A model generated the notes under the pieces. The model saw only the letters and a list, made by a program, of their open reading frames with translations, made no database searches and was not told where the DNA came from. A stretch of 63,648 nucleotides of DNA, filler included, from Octopus bimaculoides (lineage: Eukaryota): assembly GCF_001194135.2 (NCBI RefSeq). It is 7 parts of 7 records of this genome, joined end to end, with 100 filler letters (N's around TTAATTAATTAA, not from the genome) between each part and the next. Parts side by side here need not be neighbours in the genome. Positions count along the whole stretch, not along the records: positions 23,454 to 37,463 come from NC_068993.1; positions 37,564 to 47,617 come from NC_068987.1; positions 47,718 to 57,463 come from NW_026385972.1; 4 more parts are not named here. One strand, 5' to 3'. Positions 34,732 to 49,851 of this stretch are shown here, one piece after another (position 1 is the stretch's first letter; every line of letters starts with the position of its first letter). Both the position numbers and the translations under genes were made by a program.

Positions 34732-35549
34732 GTAAAGCAAACCCAAAATATGCAGTGGAAATCGATGTGCTGAAGTTAATTGAAGATTTCGTTTGGAAAA
34801 AGTTTCTGAAAAATCTTCGTTTTTCGTGTCTTAGAAGATGTTTCTATCGACGAAATGACTATCATATTGATATTCGGTGGAGTTACTTTAGTTTCGAGGA
34901 TTATCTTGAATCTGAAGTGCCCCTGCGAGTAGAGCCAACAAAATCCCAGATTCAATACTCAACCACATATACGTGCCAGATAACCGGACCGCAGAAACAT
35001 ATATTCAACGCACACGGTTCGCAAATGGAGTCTAAGTTGGTAAAATTACAAAAGAATTACAGTATTGGAGGAAAGGTATCGATAAAGACAGCAGGATTAG
35101 AGGTCAATGCGAAACGTGATAGTAGCCATGAAGAAAAGACAGATACGACCACCTCATGGTCGGATACCGCCGAGTTTTCTTTGAATACAAACAACTCGGC
35201 TAAAGTGGTTATTACACAACAAAAGGGAACATCAGAGAAGTACTTTGTAGTGAAAACTGTGTTACGATTGAGACCGACACGCCCTGGATGGGGAGCTCCT
35301 GTGATTGTTAGAAAGAAATCTAACCATCAGACAGTGTTTGAATATGAAATTGTTAGTTTCAGAGAGCTGTTTGAAGCGTATAGTGAATGTAAAGACTTGG
35401 TGGAGATTCGACCGCATGCTCACTTACAACAATTCGAAGGCGGCAAGAGTCAATATTATGATGAGGTCTATATATTTTCCAGAGGAATATTGACAAGTGA
35501 AGAGGAAAATCGGACTGTTAGCATAGCTCCCCCTGAGGGAGAGGAGTGA
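34732..35549 (+). CDS. Aerolysin-like ETX/MTX2-family protein, paralog 2 (terminal exon)
   Basis: Acceptor TTTTTCAG| phase 1 with the same upstream GATATAGTTATTGAT; 272 codons; ~191/274 identical positions to paralog 1 (hand count). Confidence 0.75.
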
Positions 35550-36899
35550 AGTTCATTGTTATATCCCCTAACTCTGTAACTCAATCCTCATTTCCTGCAC
35601 TTAATATACCTTATATACTGTATCCGATGCAATCTATCCATCCGTCTATATGTGGGTCAGACGGTCCGTCGGCTGGCCAACCGTTTCAGAGAACACCTAT
35701 GGATTGTCCGCCTGCGGAGAAATACTCNNNNNNNNNNNNNNNNNNNNNNNNNNNNNNNNNNNNNNNNNNNNNNNNNNNNNNNNNNNNNNNNNNNNNNNNN
35801 NNNNNNNNNNNNNNNNNNNNNNNNNNNNNNNNNNNNNNNNNNNNNNNNNNNNNNNNNNNNNNNNNNNNNNNNNNNNNNNNNNNNNNNNNNNNNNNNNNNN
35901 NNNNNNNNNNNNNNNNNNNNNNNNNNNNNNNNNNNNNNNNNNNNNNNNNNNNNNNNNNNNNNNNNNNNNNNNNNNNNNNNNNNNNNNNNNNNNNNNNNNN
36001 NNNNNNNNNNNNNNNNNNNNNNNNNNNNNNNNNNNNNNNNNNNNNNNNNNNNNNNNNNNNNNNNNNNNNNNNNNNNNNNNNNNNNNNNNNNNNNNNNNNN
36101 NNNNNNNNNNNNNNNNNNNNNNNNNNNNNNNNNNNNNNNNNNNNNNNNNNNNNNNNNNNNNNNNNNNNNNNNNNNNNNNNNNNNNNNNNNNNNNNNNNNN
36201 NNNNNNNNNNNNNNNNNNNNNNNNNNNNNNNNNNNNNNNNNNNNNNNNNNNNNNNNNNNNNNNNNNNNNNNNNNNNNNNNNNNNNNNNNNNNNNNNNNNN
36301 NNNNNNNNNNNNNNNNNNNNNNNNNNNNNNNNNNNNNNNNNNNNNNNNNNNNNNNNNNNNNNNNNNNNNNNNNNNNNNNNNNNNNNNNNNNNNNNNNNNN
36401 NNNNNNNNNNNNNNNNNNNNNNNNNNNNNNNNNNNNNNNNNNNNNNNNNNNNNNNNNNNNNNNNNNNNNNNNNNNNNNNNNNNNNNNNNNNNNNNNNNNN
36501 NNNNNNNNNNNNNNNNNNNNNNNNNNNNNNNNNNNTAAAAAATTGTAGTCTGTTCTCTTTGCCATTCTTGCTACAATAGCGACAACATGAATTTCTTCCA
36601 TCCTCTTGCTCTGTTAAAATATTTAAGAAAAATTATATTAACGTATCTTGTCTGTTCAAGTTTCATATGTGTACAGCTGAAGGTAGCGCAGTATCTAAAT
36701 TGATGTAATGATTGCATTTTTCAATTAAATGGAACCGCTTGAAACGGTCGTACTGTATTATTACTTGATATCCTATTGCTTATTTTGATTTTATTCACCT
36801 TACTTTTAGCTGTGCGGCTAATACCGAACTGACTTGGTGCTTCAACCTAAGTACCTAATTCAATTGAATCTTAATTGCTTCTTATATATATAGATATAT

Positions 36900-36963
<64 letters not shown>

Positions 36964-38119
36964 GTGTGTGTGTGTGCGTGACGTTCTCTCTCCCTCTTTC
37001 GTTTTCTCTCTCATCCTTTCTCTAATTCTTTTTTCTCCCCTTCACTGTTTTCTATCTGTCTTCCTTTCTCCTTTATTCTCTCTCGTTCCTCACACGTGAC
37101 CATCGTCCATCTTTCTTTTCTTCACATGATTATCTTTCTTTTCCTTCAGTGCTGTCGCACAGACTGCACATGTTCCTATCTGTTTCCTCTTCTATCTATT
37201 CTCTTGTTAAAGACAATATTTCTCCAGCGTTCGCTACTTTACCTCGTCTAGTCTAACGACACTCCATGTTTGTTTTCGTTCGGTTTCCTTGTATGTCTCC
37301 ACTGTCCTGTTTTTGTTACCAACTTTGACCCTCCGCAAAATCCTAAATTTATATTTGCTTTGTTTTTGTGGGGGCAACTACCTTCGAAGTCTCATACTGT
37401 CGTTCAATGCTCGAAATGAGGAGTAGATATATATGCATATATATTATTATATGTGTATATATANNNNNNNNNNNNNNNNNNNNNNNNNNNNNNNNNNNNN
37501 NNNNNNNTTAATTAATTAANNNNNNNNNNNNNNNNNNNNNNNNNNNNNNNNNNNNNNNNNNNNTATGAATGAAAAAATTAGGAAAGAAAAAATTATTAAG
37601 AATAAAAGGTTAAACTTTATATATATATACAAAGTTTTGATTTTAAAAAAACTTTAACGATATTATAAACTATAAAGATTAATAATTAATCAAATAATAT
37701 TAATCAAAAATAATCGAAAATATATCAACACTATTCCAATCGAAGTTCTAATATTATGTTGAAATGAAACTATAACTTCTAAATAATTTAGTGTTAAATA
37801 AGTTATCTATTAAAATAATCTATAAAGAACCAAATGAATAGTATAAAAACAAGAATACATATTATTTTCAAATAGTAGAAAATCTTTCGCAAAGTGAAAA
37901 CAGTACTTATCCAAATTTTTCCGTATTTTTCCTAGACTGTGAAGGAGGTACTTTTGCTAGATAAGTTCCTCACTGATAGAGTATTGCAGGGTACTGCTAT
38001 GGAGTGGTATGGTATGGTGTAGTGATAGTAGTGGTTCAGTACTTATTGTTAATTCTTTTATATGCTTCAGCCCAAAGGCTGTGGCCATGCTGGAACATTG
38101 CCAGTGTAATCACCTTTTC

Positions 38120-38400
38120 AGTGGCCATTCTTATGCAATTGGCATTTGCTGAAGAAGGACGTTCAACACTGCTGCCCTCTTTTGAGTTTTTTGCCATGAT
38201 ACAGGTTTATCTGAGACCTTGAACAGCAGGCAGTCAAGTTGTTTCTCGAAGACATCTACCCCTACTCCATGAAGATCCCTCAGATATTTTGGCAAGGCAT
38301 TAAATAGCTGTGTGCCCTTGAATCCTAAGCTATTACAGTACATGGTTCTCACCCTAGACAGGATAGCTGGGACCTTTGGAACAGTACATTAATGTCCAGT
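38120..38400 (-). mobile_element. CR1-like LINE 3' end
   Basis: CNSLGFKGTQLFNALPKYLRDLHGVGVDVFEKQLDCLL...DKP...RAA..N.LLQQM. Confidence 0.75.
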
Positions 38401-38695
38401 TTGGAGGCTGGTATAACTTCTAATAAATGTGAACAAAAATAAAAACTAATGATTTCACTGAAAGATCCCCATCAAGATTATTTAGCATTAGCATTCCCAC
38501 TTGTTTTTATGATGGTTCTCCAAAGCAAAACTATCTCTTTCATAGACTCTCTATAGTTAACAAACAACACATTGTGCTCATGGACTTGATATCTGTGGAG
38601 AAAATTGTAGTAGTGGTGGTGGTGGTAACAGTTGTGGTAGTAGCAGTAGTAGTAGTAATGATTGTGGTGGTAACAGTTAACTGGTAGCAGCAGCT

Positions 38696-38732
<37 letters not shown>

Positions 38733-41700
38733 CAGTAGTAGCAGCAGCAACAACAGCAGTAGTAGGAGAAATGAGAAATTGAGTAATGAGTGTAAACAAC
38801 TGTTAAAACATCTCTTTTCTGAGATGTTGTACAATCATGCACTGTAGAGTGGTTACCTATGATTGAGCTATAGTAGTGGTGGTGGTGATGATGGTGGTGG
38901 GGGGGGGTATTTATTGGTGGGTATTTGTGATGAATGGTGGTATATTTTATCATTCATGTGCAGTGCACTAGCATTATTCATTCATCAAAACATGTTAGCT
39001 TCGTATATTTCTAGCTTTTATTAGCTTTATGTTAGCTTTATATATTTCTAGCTTTTGCAAGTAGCCATGCATTCAAATCTTCATATAGGTGCAGGCATAG
39101 CTGTGTGGTAAGAAGCTTGCTTCCCAACCACATGGTTCCGGTTTCAGTCCCACTTGGGCAAGTGTCTTCTATTATAGCCTTAGGCCAACCAAAGCCTTTT
39201 CGAGCATATACATACACGATGAGCAGAAGCTCATCGTGTATGTATATGCTTATGTGTCTGTGTTTGTCCCCCCACCATCACTTGACAACCGATGTTGGTG
39301 TGTTTATATCCCTGTAACTTAGCAGTTCAGCCAAAGAGACCAATAGAATGAGTACTAGGCTTACAAAGAATAAGTCCTGGAGTTGATTTGTTTGAGTAAA
39401 GGCAGCACTCCAGCATGGCTGCAGTCAAATGGCTGAAACAAGTAAAAGAGTAAAAGAATAAAAAGAATCTCACTGCCATGCGGCAGCATCATGCTTCATA
39501 GACAGACAACATAGAGTCTCCTCTTTACTCTGATACTCTGAAAGATAAATTCTATGTTATAAGCAGTTTCTTCGAACCCATTATTATTCTGGTTTCTATG
39601 CTTCCAGAGTACCCACCCCTGCATTGTTACACACACACACACACACACACACATATGCACATATATATGATGGGCTGCTGAAAAGTTCCTGGCCTTAAGG
39701 GTATCCCAAAAGGGCTGGCTGGAGGCCCAACCTTCCAAGTTCTTTTTCATGGCTTAGGAAAACTGACCATTTGAGTCTTATAAGTTGCCTATACAGCTAA
39801 GTGCTTTATTGGTGTGAAACCAATGGTCACTCTCTGACCAAGTAGTATGTGTGTGTGTGTGTGTTTGATCAAGTTGAGGCTGTGGGTTGCCCAAAGTGTT
39901 ATACAGTAAAATTGAAGCATCTCTTAGTGAAGTGAATTTCTTGACCATACATCCATCCACACCTCTGTGCATTTCCCCTTTGTTTTTATTTTAGGTTTCT
40001 TTGTGATTGCATCTGGGACTACATAATCCAATGTGTCCTTTGTTTATAAGGAGGAATATGTTAAATAAGGAAGGTTTTGCGGCTGTTCCTTACATGTTGT
40101 ATGACCACTTAGTGATGCCCTTGTTGGGCAATTATTGCCTTTCATCGTTAGTGACTCCAAAAGAATGGAAAACAAAGTTGATCCTAGCAGAATTCAAGGT
40201 TAATCCCAAGGCTAATTTCATTTTCTATTTTTTGGTGTCAATAAAGTACTAGTCAAGCAGTCGAGTACTAAAGTCAGTATAATCAACCGGGCCTTGTGAA
40301 ACAATTATTATATCTGCAGTAAGGGTGGCCTTGTATTTAAATCACTAGCCTTCTACCCAAATTAGGCATTATTACTGTAGTTACAATAAAGTTAATGGAT
40401 TTGCCAAGATTTGTTATCCTTGTCCCAACTCTTTACATTCTGATTTCAAATACTTCCAAAGTGTTCCTTGCTTTTCATTTTTCTACATCAACAAACTAAA
40501 ATACCAGTATAAGTGCTGAGGCTTTTGTTTTGATTTTTAACTTTTTACTTACATAATATGGTCTCTACGTTTGAGACCTGTATGTAAGAAATCATTATTG
40601 CAGATGCAGTAGTTGTGGCATTTTGCCAAAGATAGAATTTTAAAATTTGCTTCAAAGAGATTCTTGTCAATAACATTTGGTAAGATTTTCCACCACTTCC
40701 ATTAAATACTATCTCCCAGGATAAACAACAGCTTCATTTGTTTCTTATATTCTCCTATCAGAATATAAAGTAAACATTACCTATGAGAATTGCCACTATC
40801 TCAACAAATGCAAACATGGTTATGTAGTCAATAAGTTTGCTTTTTGCAATTTCATGGTTTTAGATTCAAACTTATTGTGTAGCATCTTGAGTAGGTGCTT
40901 TCTACTGTAGCCTTGAGCCAACCAAAATATTGTGGTTGAAATTTAGTTGATGGGACATTGTTTACAATCCTACTGAAATGATTGTTTCTGTTTTTGGTGA
41001 TTAGTCTTAATTCATCATCAATCCACACCTCTGCTCTTGTTTATTACTCATTAATTTCACCACTGCTTTCATCTTTAACTATCTAATACCTTCCCTTCAT
41101 GCTCTTAAAAGTACCCTTCAGCCCTGATCTACTGCTTGTATCATCTTTTGTTTCTTCAGAGATTTGGTGTTACACCCCATCATTACTATCTTACCTTTTA
41201 CCAGATATTCCTGCCTACCATTATATAAATGCAAGGTAGTTGCGTATCTTCTCTATACCTAGCCACCTCTGCTTGGCCATGGCATAAAATCACCTCGTCA
41301 CCTTCTCAAATACCCCACCACCACCGCACTTAATCAAGAGGGCTTTCCTTTTCTCTCTCTTTTTTTTTTTTTCTTGCTCTATTCTTTCTTGCAAGTAACT
41401 TGGAAACCTCACTAGTGCTGGTAGCATGAAAAAAGCACCCAGTACACACTATAAAGTGGCTGGATGGCAATAAGAAGGGTATACAGCCATTAAAACCATG
41501 CCATGGAGCATGATGCAGCCTTGTGACTCATTGGATCTTGTCATACCATACAACCTCCAACCCTTGCCAGCATGGATAAGAGACGTTAAATGATGGTGGT
41601 GGTAAGGGTGATGATGATTAAGGCCACTACTTGGTCCTTGAATAATTTTAGTGGAATCCACTCTGTTGTAGGCATTCAGGCCAAGTTTCTTATCTAAGGA

Positions 41701-41830
41701 TAACTTCCTTTCTCTGGCCAGTATTAGATGACTCAAAAACAAAAAAATCATGGGCACAGATTTTCTTTCAATCAACCTTTAAATTTCCAATGTAATATCT
41801 TATTTATGTATTCAGTTTTTATCATATATA

Positions 41831-43285
41831 CTAGCAGTATAACCCAACGTTGTCCGGGTGTGACTTATTACGCCACCTACGATAAGTCTTGCTAGGTGAA
41901 AATCAACTAAAAAAGAAAGCCTTACAATGAAAAAACCCTTATGATGTAAATATGTTCATAATTCAAAAGACGAAATTAATAGGGGAAGTCTGAAGGCTGT
42001 TTTGCGTAAAATTATTAAGCATACGCTAATTTCATCCGTCTAATTGGCTATACAAATGCTTGTGCAAAACAACTTTTTGCGCTGCCTTGATTACACATAG
42101 CAGGGTAATTCCTTTTCGCAGGAGGTAGGACGGCAATTTCTGATGAAGCAATTGCTGGCGATCTGTTGCTACACAGTTCTGCCAGAATTCTATCAGATTG
42201 GGCAGTAGATAATGATGCACCGTTTTGCATTATGTTCAAAGTAACTTCTGGAATGTGGTGAATTGCTGCAGTCTGTTGCTGTCTTTTTTAACGGAGGCAT
42301 AATCTATGTACATATTAAACAGAACAACAAAAGTTATANNNNNNNNNNNNNNNNNNNNNNNNNNNNNNNNNNNNNNNNNNNNNNNNNNNNNNNNNNNNNN
42401 NNNNNNNNNNNNNNNNNNNNNNNNNNNNNNNNNNNNNNNNNNNNNNNNNNNNNNNNNNNNNNNNNNNNNNNNNNNNNNNNNNNNNNNNNNNNNNNNNNNN
42501 NNNNNNNNNNNNNNNNNNNNNNNNNNNNNNNNNNNNNNNNNNNNNNNNNNNNNNNNNNNNNNNNNNNNNNNNNNNNNNNNNNNNNNNNNNNNNNNNNNNN
42601 NNNNNNNNNNNNNNNNNNNNNNNNNNNNNNNNNNNNNNNNNNNNNNNNNNNNNNNNNNNNNNNNNNNNNNNNNNNNNNNNNNNNNNNNNNNNNNNNNNNN
42701 NNNNNNNNNNNNNNNNNNNNNNNNNNNNNNNNNNNNNNNNNNNNNNNNNNNNNNNNNNNNNNNNNNNNNNNNNNNNNNNNNNNNNNNNNNNNNNNNNNNN
42801 NNNNNNNNNNNNNNNNNNNNNNNNNNNNNNNNNNNNNNNNNNNNNNNNNNNNNNNNNNNNNNNNNNNNNNNNNNNNNNNNNNNNNNNNNNNNNNNNNNNN
42901 NNNNNNNNNNNNNNNNNNNNNNNNNNNNNNNNNNNNNNNNNNNNNNNNNNNNNNNNNNNNNNNNNNNNNNNNNNNNNNNNNNNNNNNNNNNNNNTTTGTT
43001 GTTGGATTTTTCGTAAAGGCTCATTAATAGAAAGTAGGAGTTGAAAGGATTTGTATTAGAAAGAGGAAATTAGATTCTATTAGGGAGAAAATGTTTACTC
43101 GTGTAGTTTTATGGATTATATTCGTTATTAGGAAATTTTTGGAGTGAAAAAATGACGCAGTGACCTAACTTATTGTATTTAGAATATTAATTGCGATTGT
43201 TTAATCGAAGAAATTTTGAATTGTGTAAATGTATGAATTTTAAACATACACACACACAGAGAAAATCTGCCTTTTATAGTATAGA
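41831..43285 (-). mobile_element. Helitron (non-autonomous; central part in gap)
   Basis: Minus strand A|TCTATACTATAAAA 5' end; 3' hairpin ACCCGGACAACGTTGGGT then CTAG|T; PIF1-like remnant ILAELCSNRSPAIASSEIAVL. Confidence 0.8.
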
Positions 43286-44063
43286 TACAAACCTTGTGAA
43301 TAGATTTGGTCAAAGAAGAAGGGTGAAATACCACTAAGCATTTCGTCCAGCACAGTAACGATTCTTATTTCATTATTACCCAGAAGGGGCTAAACACAGA
43401 GGGGACAAACAAAGACAGACAAACAGATTAAGTCGATTACATCAACCCCAGTGTGTAACTGGTACTTAACTTATCGACCCCGAAAGGCATGTTAACGTTT
43501 CTGCCAGTTCGCTACCAAATTCTGCCAATAGTGTTCAAGTGCTTGCTCTTTGTTGTTGTTCAAGCATTTCAAGCAAGGCATCCTCATCCACAAGAGAAGC
43601 TTTCTTTGACCTTGATTTGTCTTCAAGTTTGGTGTCACTTTCTTTGAAATATCTGAACCAGTTTCATACCACACATTCATGGACCGTTTCTCAGTCTTCT
43701 CCATCATTAATTTCTTTTATCGTTCCTCTTGCACTCATTATCTTAGTAATGAACAGGCTCAAATTCACAGGAACATATGCAAACAACTGCTGGCAAATCC
43801 TCAATTTGTTTGGTTTTGAATTGTAACTAGGGATGAAAAATGGTAACTTGATATGGCACTAACTGCAATTTTTTCACCACATGTTACCAAAGCTGTAAAA
43901 TAAAGAATAAACAATTAATGTTTATATGTTATATACGAAAATACAGAATAAATAATTCAGTAACGATTGGACAACAAGTTGTATCAAATTAATGATATAA
44001 CATGGGGAGACAAGTTGCCAAAAGTCATTAGTGAAAATCTGAAAGAGCTTTTGATTCAACCTG

Positions 44064-44113
<50 letters not shown>

Positions 44114-44263
44114 TGTTTTCACACCTGTTATTATAAGACAGAATTTTCTCCGTGGTAACTGCAGTGAATTTGCCTTTAGGAGTTGAAATATGTCACAAGC
44201 ATATTTTAACTAACCTAAAATATATTTTCTAATCACTGCTTGGCACTGATGCTGATGTGTGTG

Positions 44264-44322
<59 letters not shown>

Positions 44323-45198
44323 ATATGTTTATATACACACAACTCCACTACCTTCAATGCTATCGTTAGCAATCATCTTTATTAACATTATCACCTTCCA
44401 CTCTCTTCTCAATCAACACCACTGCCACCACCACAATCTCCATCATAAGTATCATTACCATAACCATCACTATCTTCCTCACCACATTGCACCATCTTCT
44501 TCCACTCCCTTCTACTCATCTACTACCACCTCCACCACTTTGATACTATCAACATCAATATCATCATCATCATCATCATCCTCATTATCATTGAAATCAT
44601 TAACACCATCATCACTATCGAAATCATTTATATATAATCATCGTTGTCATCATCATCATCAACACCATTATCAATAAAATCTTCTGAGTTTTAATTAAAC
44701 ATCTAAATGTCTGAGATTAGTTATTGCTAATAACATTATAATTCCCCAGACTATTAACCTCAGCTATAAAGATGAAATATATTTAAATATTTATATTCAG
44801 ATTATGTTTTGCTTGCTCTGACCTACGTTAGTCATCAAGTTGTCCTGGGTGAAGCATTAAACTACATCTAGTGATAAGGTTCCAACTCAGGGGCTTTGAA
44901 TTACCCCTTAGTTATCACAACTATCAGGTTCACTCAGGCTTTAGGACCAGTACTTTTCAAGGAACCCTGCTATGGGTCAGATTCTTGATAGTCTTGTGGC
45001 TAAGACATACGGGACTCAGAGGAGAACTGGCCCTATACATGTCATACAGATGCACTCGCGTGTGGCCATGCCCTAATGTCATGTGAACCAAGATTCAAAG
45101 AGCAGAAGTCTACAAGTGTATACTAAGAATAAACAAGCAGAAAGCAATGGGAAAACCACTGCTATATCTATCTATCTATCTGTCTATCTGTCTATCTG

Positions 45199-45240
<42 letters not shown>

Positions 45241-45507
45241 AGAGAGAGAGCACCTTGCTCTCATGTGTCTATTCCCTGCTGAGGTTGCCGTGCTCTTTTC
45301 TGTAGGCTTTTCTCTCCATAGATAAACCTAATGTTACCCCATTTTACACTATTGACATTTTCTGTGATATACAATAACTTTCTTTTTTTCCCCCTACCGA
45401 TCCCTTTTGATCGGATTAAAAAATTTTTTTTTTTTTTTTTAAAGAAAAGCTCTACAGTTGTATTTGTCCCCTCTGTGTGCAACCCTGTGTGGCTAATAAA
45501 AGAAAGT

Positions 45508-45538
<31 letters not shown>

Positions 45539-45919
45539 CCCAAGAAAATATCATATATCTTCAAACTTTGGCATGAAGTTTCCATGAAGTCTGTTGTTAG
45601 GTTCATGAAGTCTGACACTTGTAGGCATGGAACTTGGAGAAAGAAAGACAGATAGTGAGAAGTCTTCGGGTATCTTATTTATGAATATGTGAGTGCCTGG
45701 AAAAGCAGTGAGCTGGTAGAATTATTAGCTTGCTAAGTGAAATGTTTAACAGCATTTCATCTGTCTTTACATCCTGAATTCAAATTCTGCTAAGGTCAGC
45801 TTTGCCTTTCATCCTTTTGAGGGTTCAATAAAATAAGTACCAGTTGAACATTAAGTTTGATTTAATCAACTTACTCTTCCCCCAAATCTGTTGGCCTTGT
45901 GCCATAATTTGAAACCAAT

Positions 45920-46660
45920 ATGTGTGTGCCTGGAGAGCACTGTACAATCTAACAAAGGTATGGAGAAGCAGAGGTATAGGCTGCAAAACAAAGCTGAAGT
46001 TTTTCAAGACATTGGCCCAACCAATATTATTCTATCCCTCTCTCAATCTCTGGGAGAGAGGCACAAGCACATACACAGACATATACACACATGGCAGTAA
46101 CTTCCGCCTACCAGATTCAATCACAAGGCTTCGGTCAGCCCGGGGCTATAGCAGAAGACACTTGCCCAAGGTGCCACGCAGTGGGACTGAACCCGAAACC
46201 ATGTAGCTGGGAAGCAAGCTTCCTAACCACACAGCCATGCCCGCGCCTGGATGTGAAAATTGGAAAGTGACAAAAATAGAAGAAAAAATGATGGACAGCT
46301 TCCAATTCATATGTTTAAGGAGAATACTTGACAGCAAGTGGTTGCAAAAAGTCCAAAAGGACACGGTTGAGATAACGGTAGGCATCAACAGGATCAGTGA
46401 CAAAATAAGGCGCAGATGCTGTAACTGAATCAGACACATCCTCAGACAAAATCGAGAAAGCAATTGTATGGCAGCACTAAAGTGACAGCCTGAAAGGGAA
46501 AGAGTAGCAGGATACCATAAAACCACACGGCAAAGAACCATTGACAAGGATAGTGGTCAAGAAGGGTGGAGAAGATGGAATAAAACCAAAACAACAGCAG
46601 AAAACTGAGTTGGTTGGGGTGATCGTGTTGCGGCCTTATGGGCCTCATGGCACAGAAAGA
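45920..46660 (+). mobile_element. RTE LINE 3' fragment interrupted by a SINE
   Basis: LTKVWRSRGIGCKTKLKFFKTLAQPILFY | SINE | GCENWKVTK..DSFQFICLRRIL...ISDKIRRR..N*IRHILR. Confidence 0.85.
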
Positions 46661-47313
46661 ACTAACTACCTGAATTGGGTTTGGACTTAGAAACTCATGT
46701 CAGTCTTAGACATACCAAAATAGAGTTTCAGCAAGTTCTGAATGTACTATTTCTATGATGCATCTAAGGACTGAAACAAGTAACTGATACAAGCAGTGCC
46801 CCAGCATGACCACAGCCCAGTGAATGACTGTATTAAAAGAATATTTCTGATATTTGTGTGGGGTAGGGGATGTTCTTTTACACGTTTCAGTCATTTGACT
46901 GTAGCCATGTTGGAGCACTGCCTTAAAGGGGTCTTTTTAGTCGAAGAAATCGACCCAGGACTTATTCTTTGTAAGCCTAGTACTTATTCTTATTTTTTAA
47001 CATAGGGGGGACAAACAAGGACAGACAAATGGGTTAAGTCGATTAGATCAACCGCAGTGCATAACTGGTACTTATTTTATCGACCCCGAAAGGATGAAAG
47101 GCAAAGTCGACCTCAGCGGAATTTGAACTCAGAACGTAATGGCAGACAAAATACCACTAAGCATTTCGCCCAGCGTGCTAACGTTTCTGCCAGCTCGACT
47201 AGTACTTATTCTATCAGTCTATTTTGATGAACCACTTAGTTATGGGGACATAAACACACCCACATCAGTTGTCAAGCGATGGTGGAAGGACAAACACAGA
47301 CACAAAAACACAC

Positions 47314-47352
<39 letters not shown>

Positions 47353-48140
47353 CATATATTATCATCATCATCATCATCATCATCGTTTAACGTCCGCTTT
47401 CCATGCTAGCATGGGTTGGACGATTTGACTGAGGACTGGTGAAACCGGATGGCAACACCAGGCTCCAATCTAATTTGGCAGAGTTTCTACAGCTGGATGC
47501 CCTTCCTAACGCCAACCACTCAGAGAGTGTAGTGGGTGCTTTTACGTGTCACCCGCACGAAAACGGCCACGCTCGAAATGGTGTCTTTTATGTGCCACCC
47601 GCACAAGAGCCAGTCCANNNNNNNNNNNNNNNNNNNNNNNNNNNNNNNNNNNNNNNNNNNNTTAATTAATTAANNNNNNNNNNNNNNNNNNNNNNNNNNN
47701 NNNNNNNNNNNNNNNNNGGTGGGCGTAGGGGTGGAGAGACAGGACAGTGCGTTGTCATGGCAACCGGCATATAGTAATTGTGTGTATAATACGATTGTGT
47801 TTGTGTGTATTATTGGGTGTGTGCATGTATCAATGTGTATGCATGTATGTGTATTTATGTGTATGTATGTATGTATGTATGTATGTGTGCGTGTATGTAA
47901 TATATGTACCTATGTCTATAAATGTATGTAGATGTGTTTGTCNNNNNNNNNNATATATGTACCTATGTCTATAAATGTATGTAGATGTGTTTGTCTATCT
48001 CTCTATGTATGTATGTATGTACGTATGTATGTATGTATGTATGTATGTATCTATCAGTCTGTCTGTCTATCTATCTATCTCTACATTCGTATTAATATGT
48101 GTGTGTATGTGTGTGTGTATATGCACACACATAAATGTGA

Positions 48141-48184
<44 letters not shown>

Positions 48185-48381
48185 GCATACACACACACAC
48201 ATACACACACACACACACACAGACATATAAGATAGATAGATATATGAAAAGCGGAAGGGAGAATATACATGCATGCACACATCGTGCACACATATGTGAT
48301 TGCTGTGTGCACCCTTGCGCGCGCCTGCGCATGCTTGTGCACAAGTACAAATGTACCTATCTTAGTATGCATATTAAAATG

Positions 48382-48443
<62 letters not shown>

Positions 48444-48513
48444 NNNNNNNNNNNNNNNNNNNNNNNNNNAGAACATGATATATGTCACACACACATATAT
48501 GTATATGTATGTA

Positions 48514-48548
<35 letters not shown>

Positions 48549-48569
48549 CATATAGTATGTGTACTTTAA

Positions 48570-48604
<35 letters not shown>

Positions 48605-48616
48605 GTATATACCTAT

Positions 48617-48654
<38 letters not shown>

Positions 48655-48701
48655 GTATATACCTATATACATACATACATACATATTACACATGCTATAT
48701 G

Positions 48702-48751
<50 letters not shown>

Positions 48752-49007
48752 TAAAAATGTGTAATATGCATGTATGTATGTATGTATGTATGTATTAAAG
48801 AAACATGATGACCGAACATGTGACCAAACATGGCTTAATGGTTTCTGTGGCTGATGTTGTGGGCAATCCTGATTCAGCGATTATGGCCTTGTCTGTGTGC
48901 ATGTGCGCATGTGCGAATGCGTGAGTGTTTGCGTCTGTGTTTGTGTTTGTGTGTGCAGCTGTTATCGATAACAACGACCAAATGACTCTCTCAGCCCTCT
49001 CTCTCTT

Positions 49008-49076
<69 letters not shown>

Positions 49077-49193
49077 TGCCTTGCCAGTTCTTCCCACACG
49101 TTGCTCTCCTGCTCTTCATTCTCTCCTCGAAATGGACCTTCCTCTCTTTCCCATGACTATTACTCACTTTGTAAGTAAACATATACGTGAAGT

Positions 49194-49228
<35 letters not shown>

Positions 49229-49342
49229 CCATCGCACATTTTGCCAATTCTACATCCTTGCCTGTATTTCTAAGTATACAATACGAAGGCATATAGATAT
49301 ACATACATATTTATGCTTATATGCGTTTGTACATAATATATA

Positions 49343-49378
<36 letters not shown>

Positions 49379-49402
49379 ATATATATATTTATATATATAA
49401 TA

Positions 49403-49518
<116 letters not shown>

Positions 49519-49623
49519 ATATATATGTATATATATGTATATATATTTATATATTTTTTATTCTATATATAAATATATATATGCTTGCGTGTGTGTATAT
49601 ATATATATATGTATATGTATGTA

Positions 49624-49655
<32 letters not shown>

Positions 49656-49785
49656 CGTATATACACCCCCTCTCTCTCTCTCTATATATATATATACATA
49701 CATACACATACTATATAGTAGATGGGGAATAGTACCAGAGACAGGCACCATGTGATGCCTGTCTACAGGGATGACGTCACCAATG

Positions 49786-49851
<66 letters not shown>

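Noticed and set aside
49132-49176. Possible first exon MDLPLFPMTITHF|GTAAGT
   Set aside because: Good donor, but no homology or downstream partner exon found.
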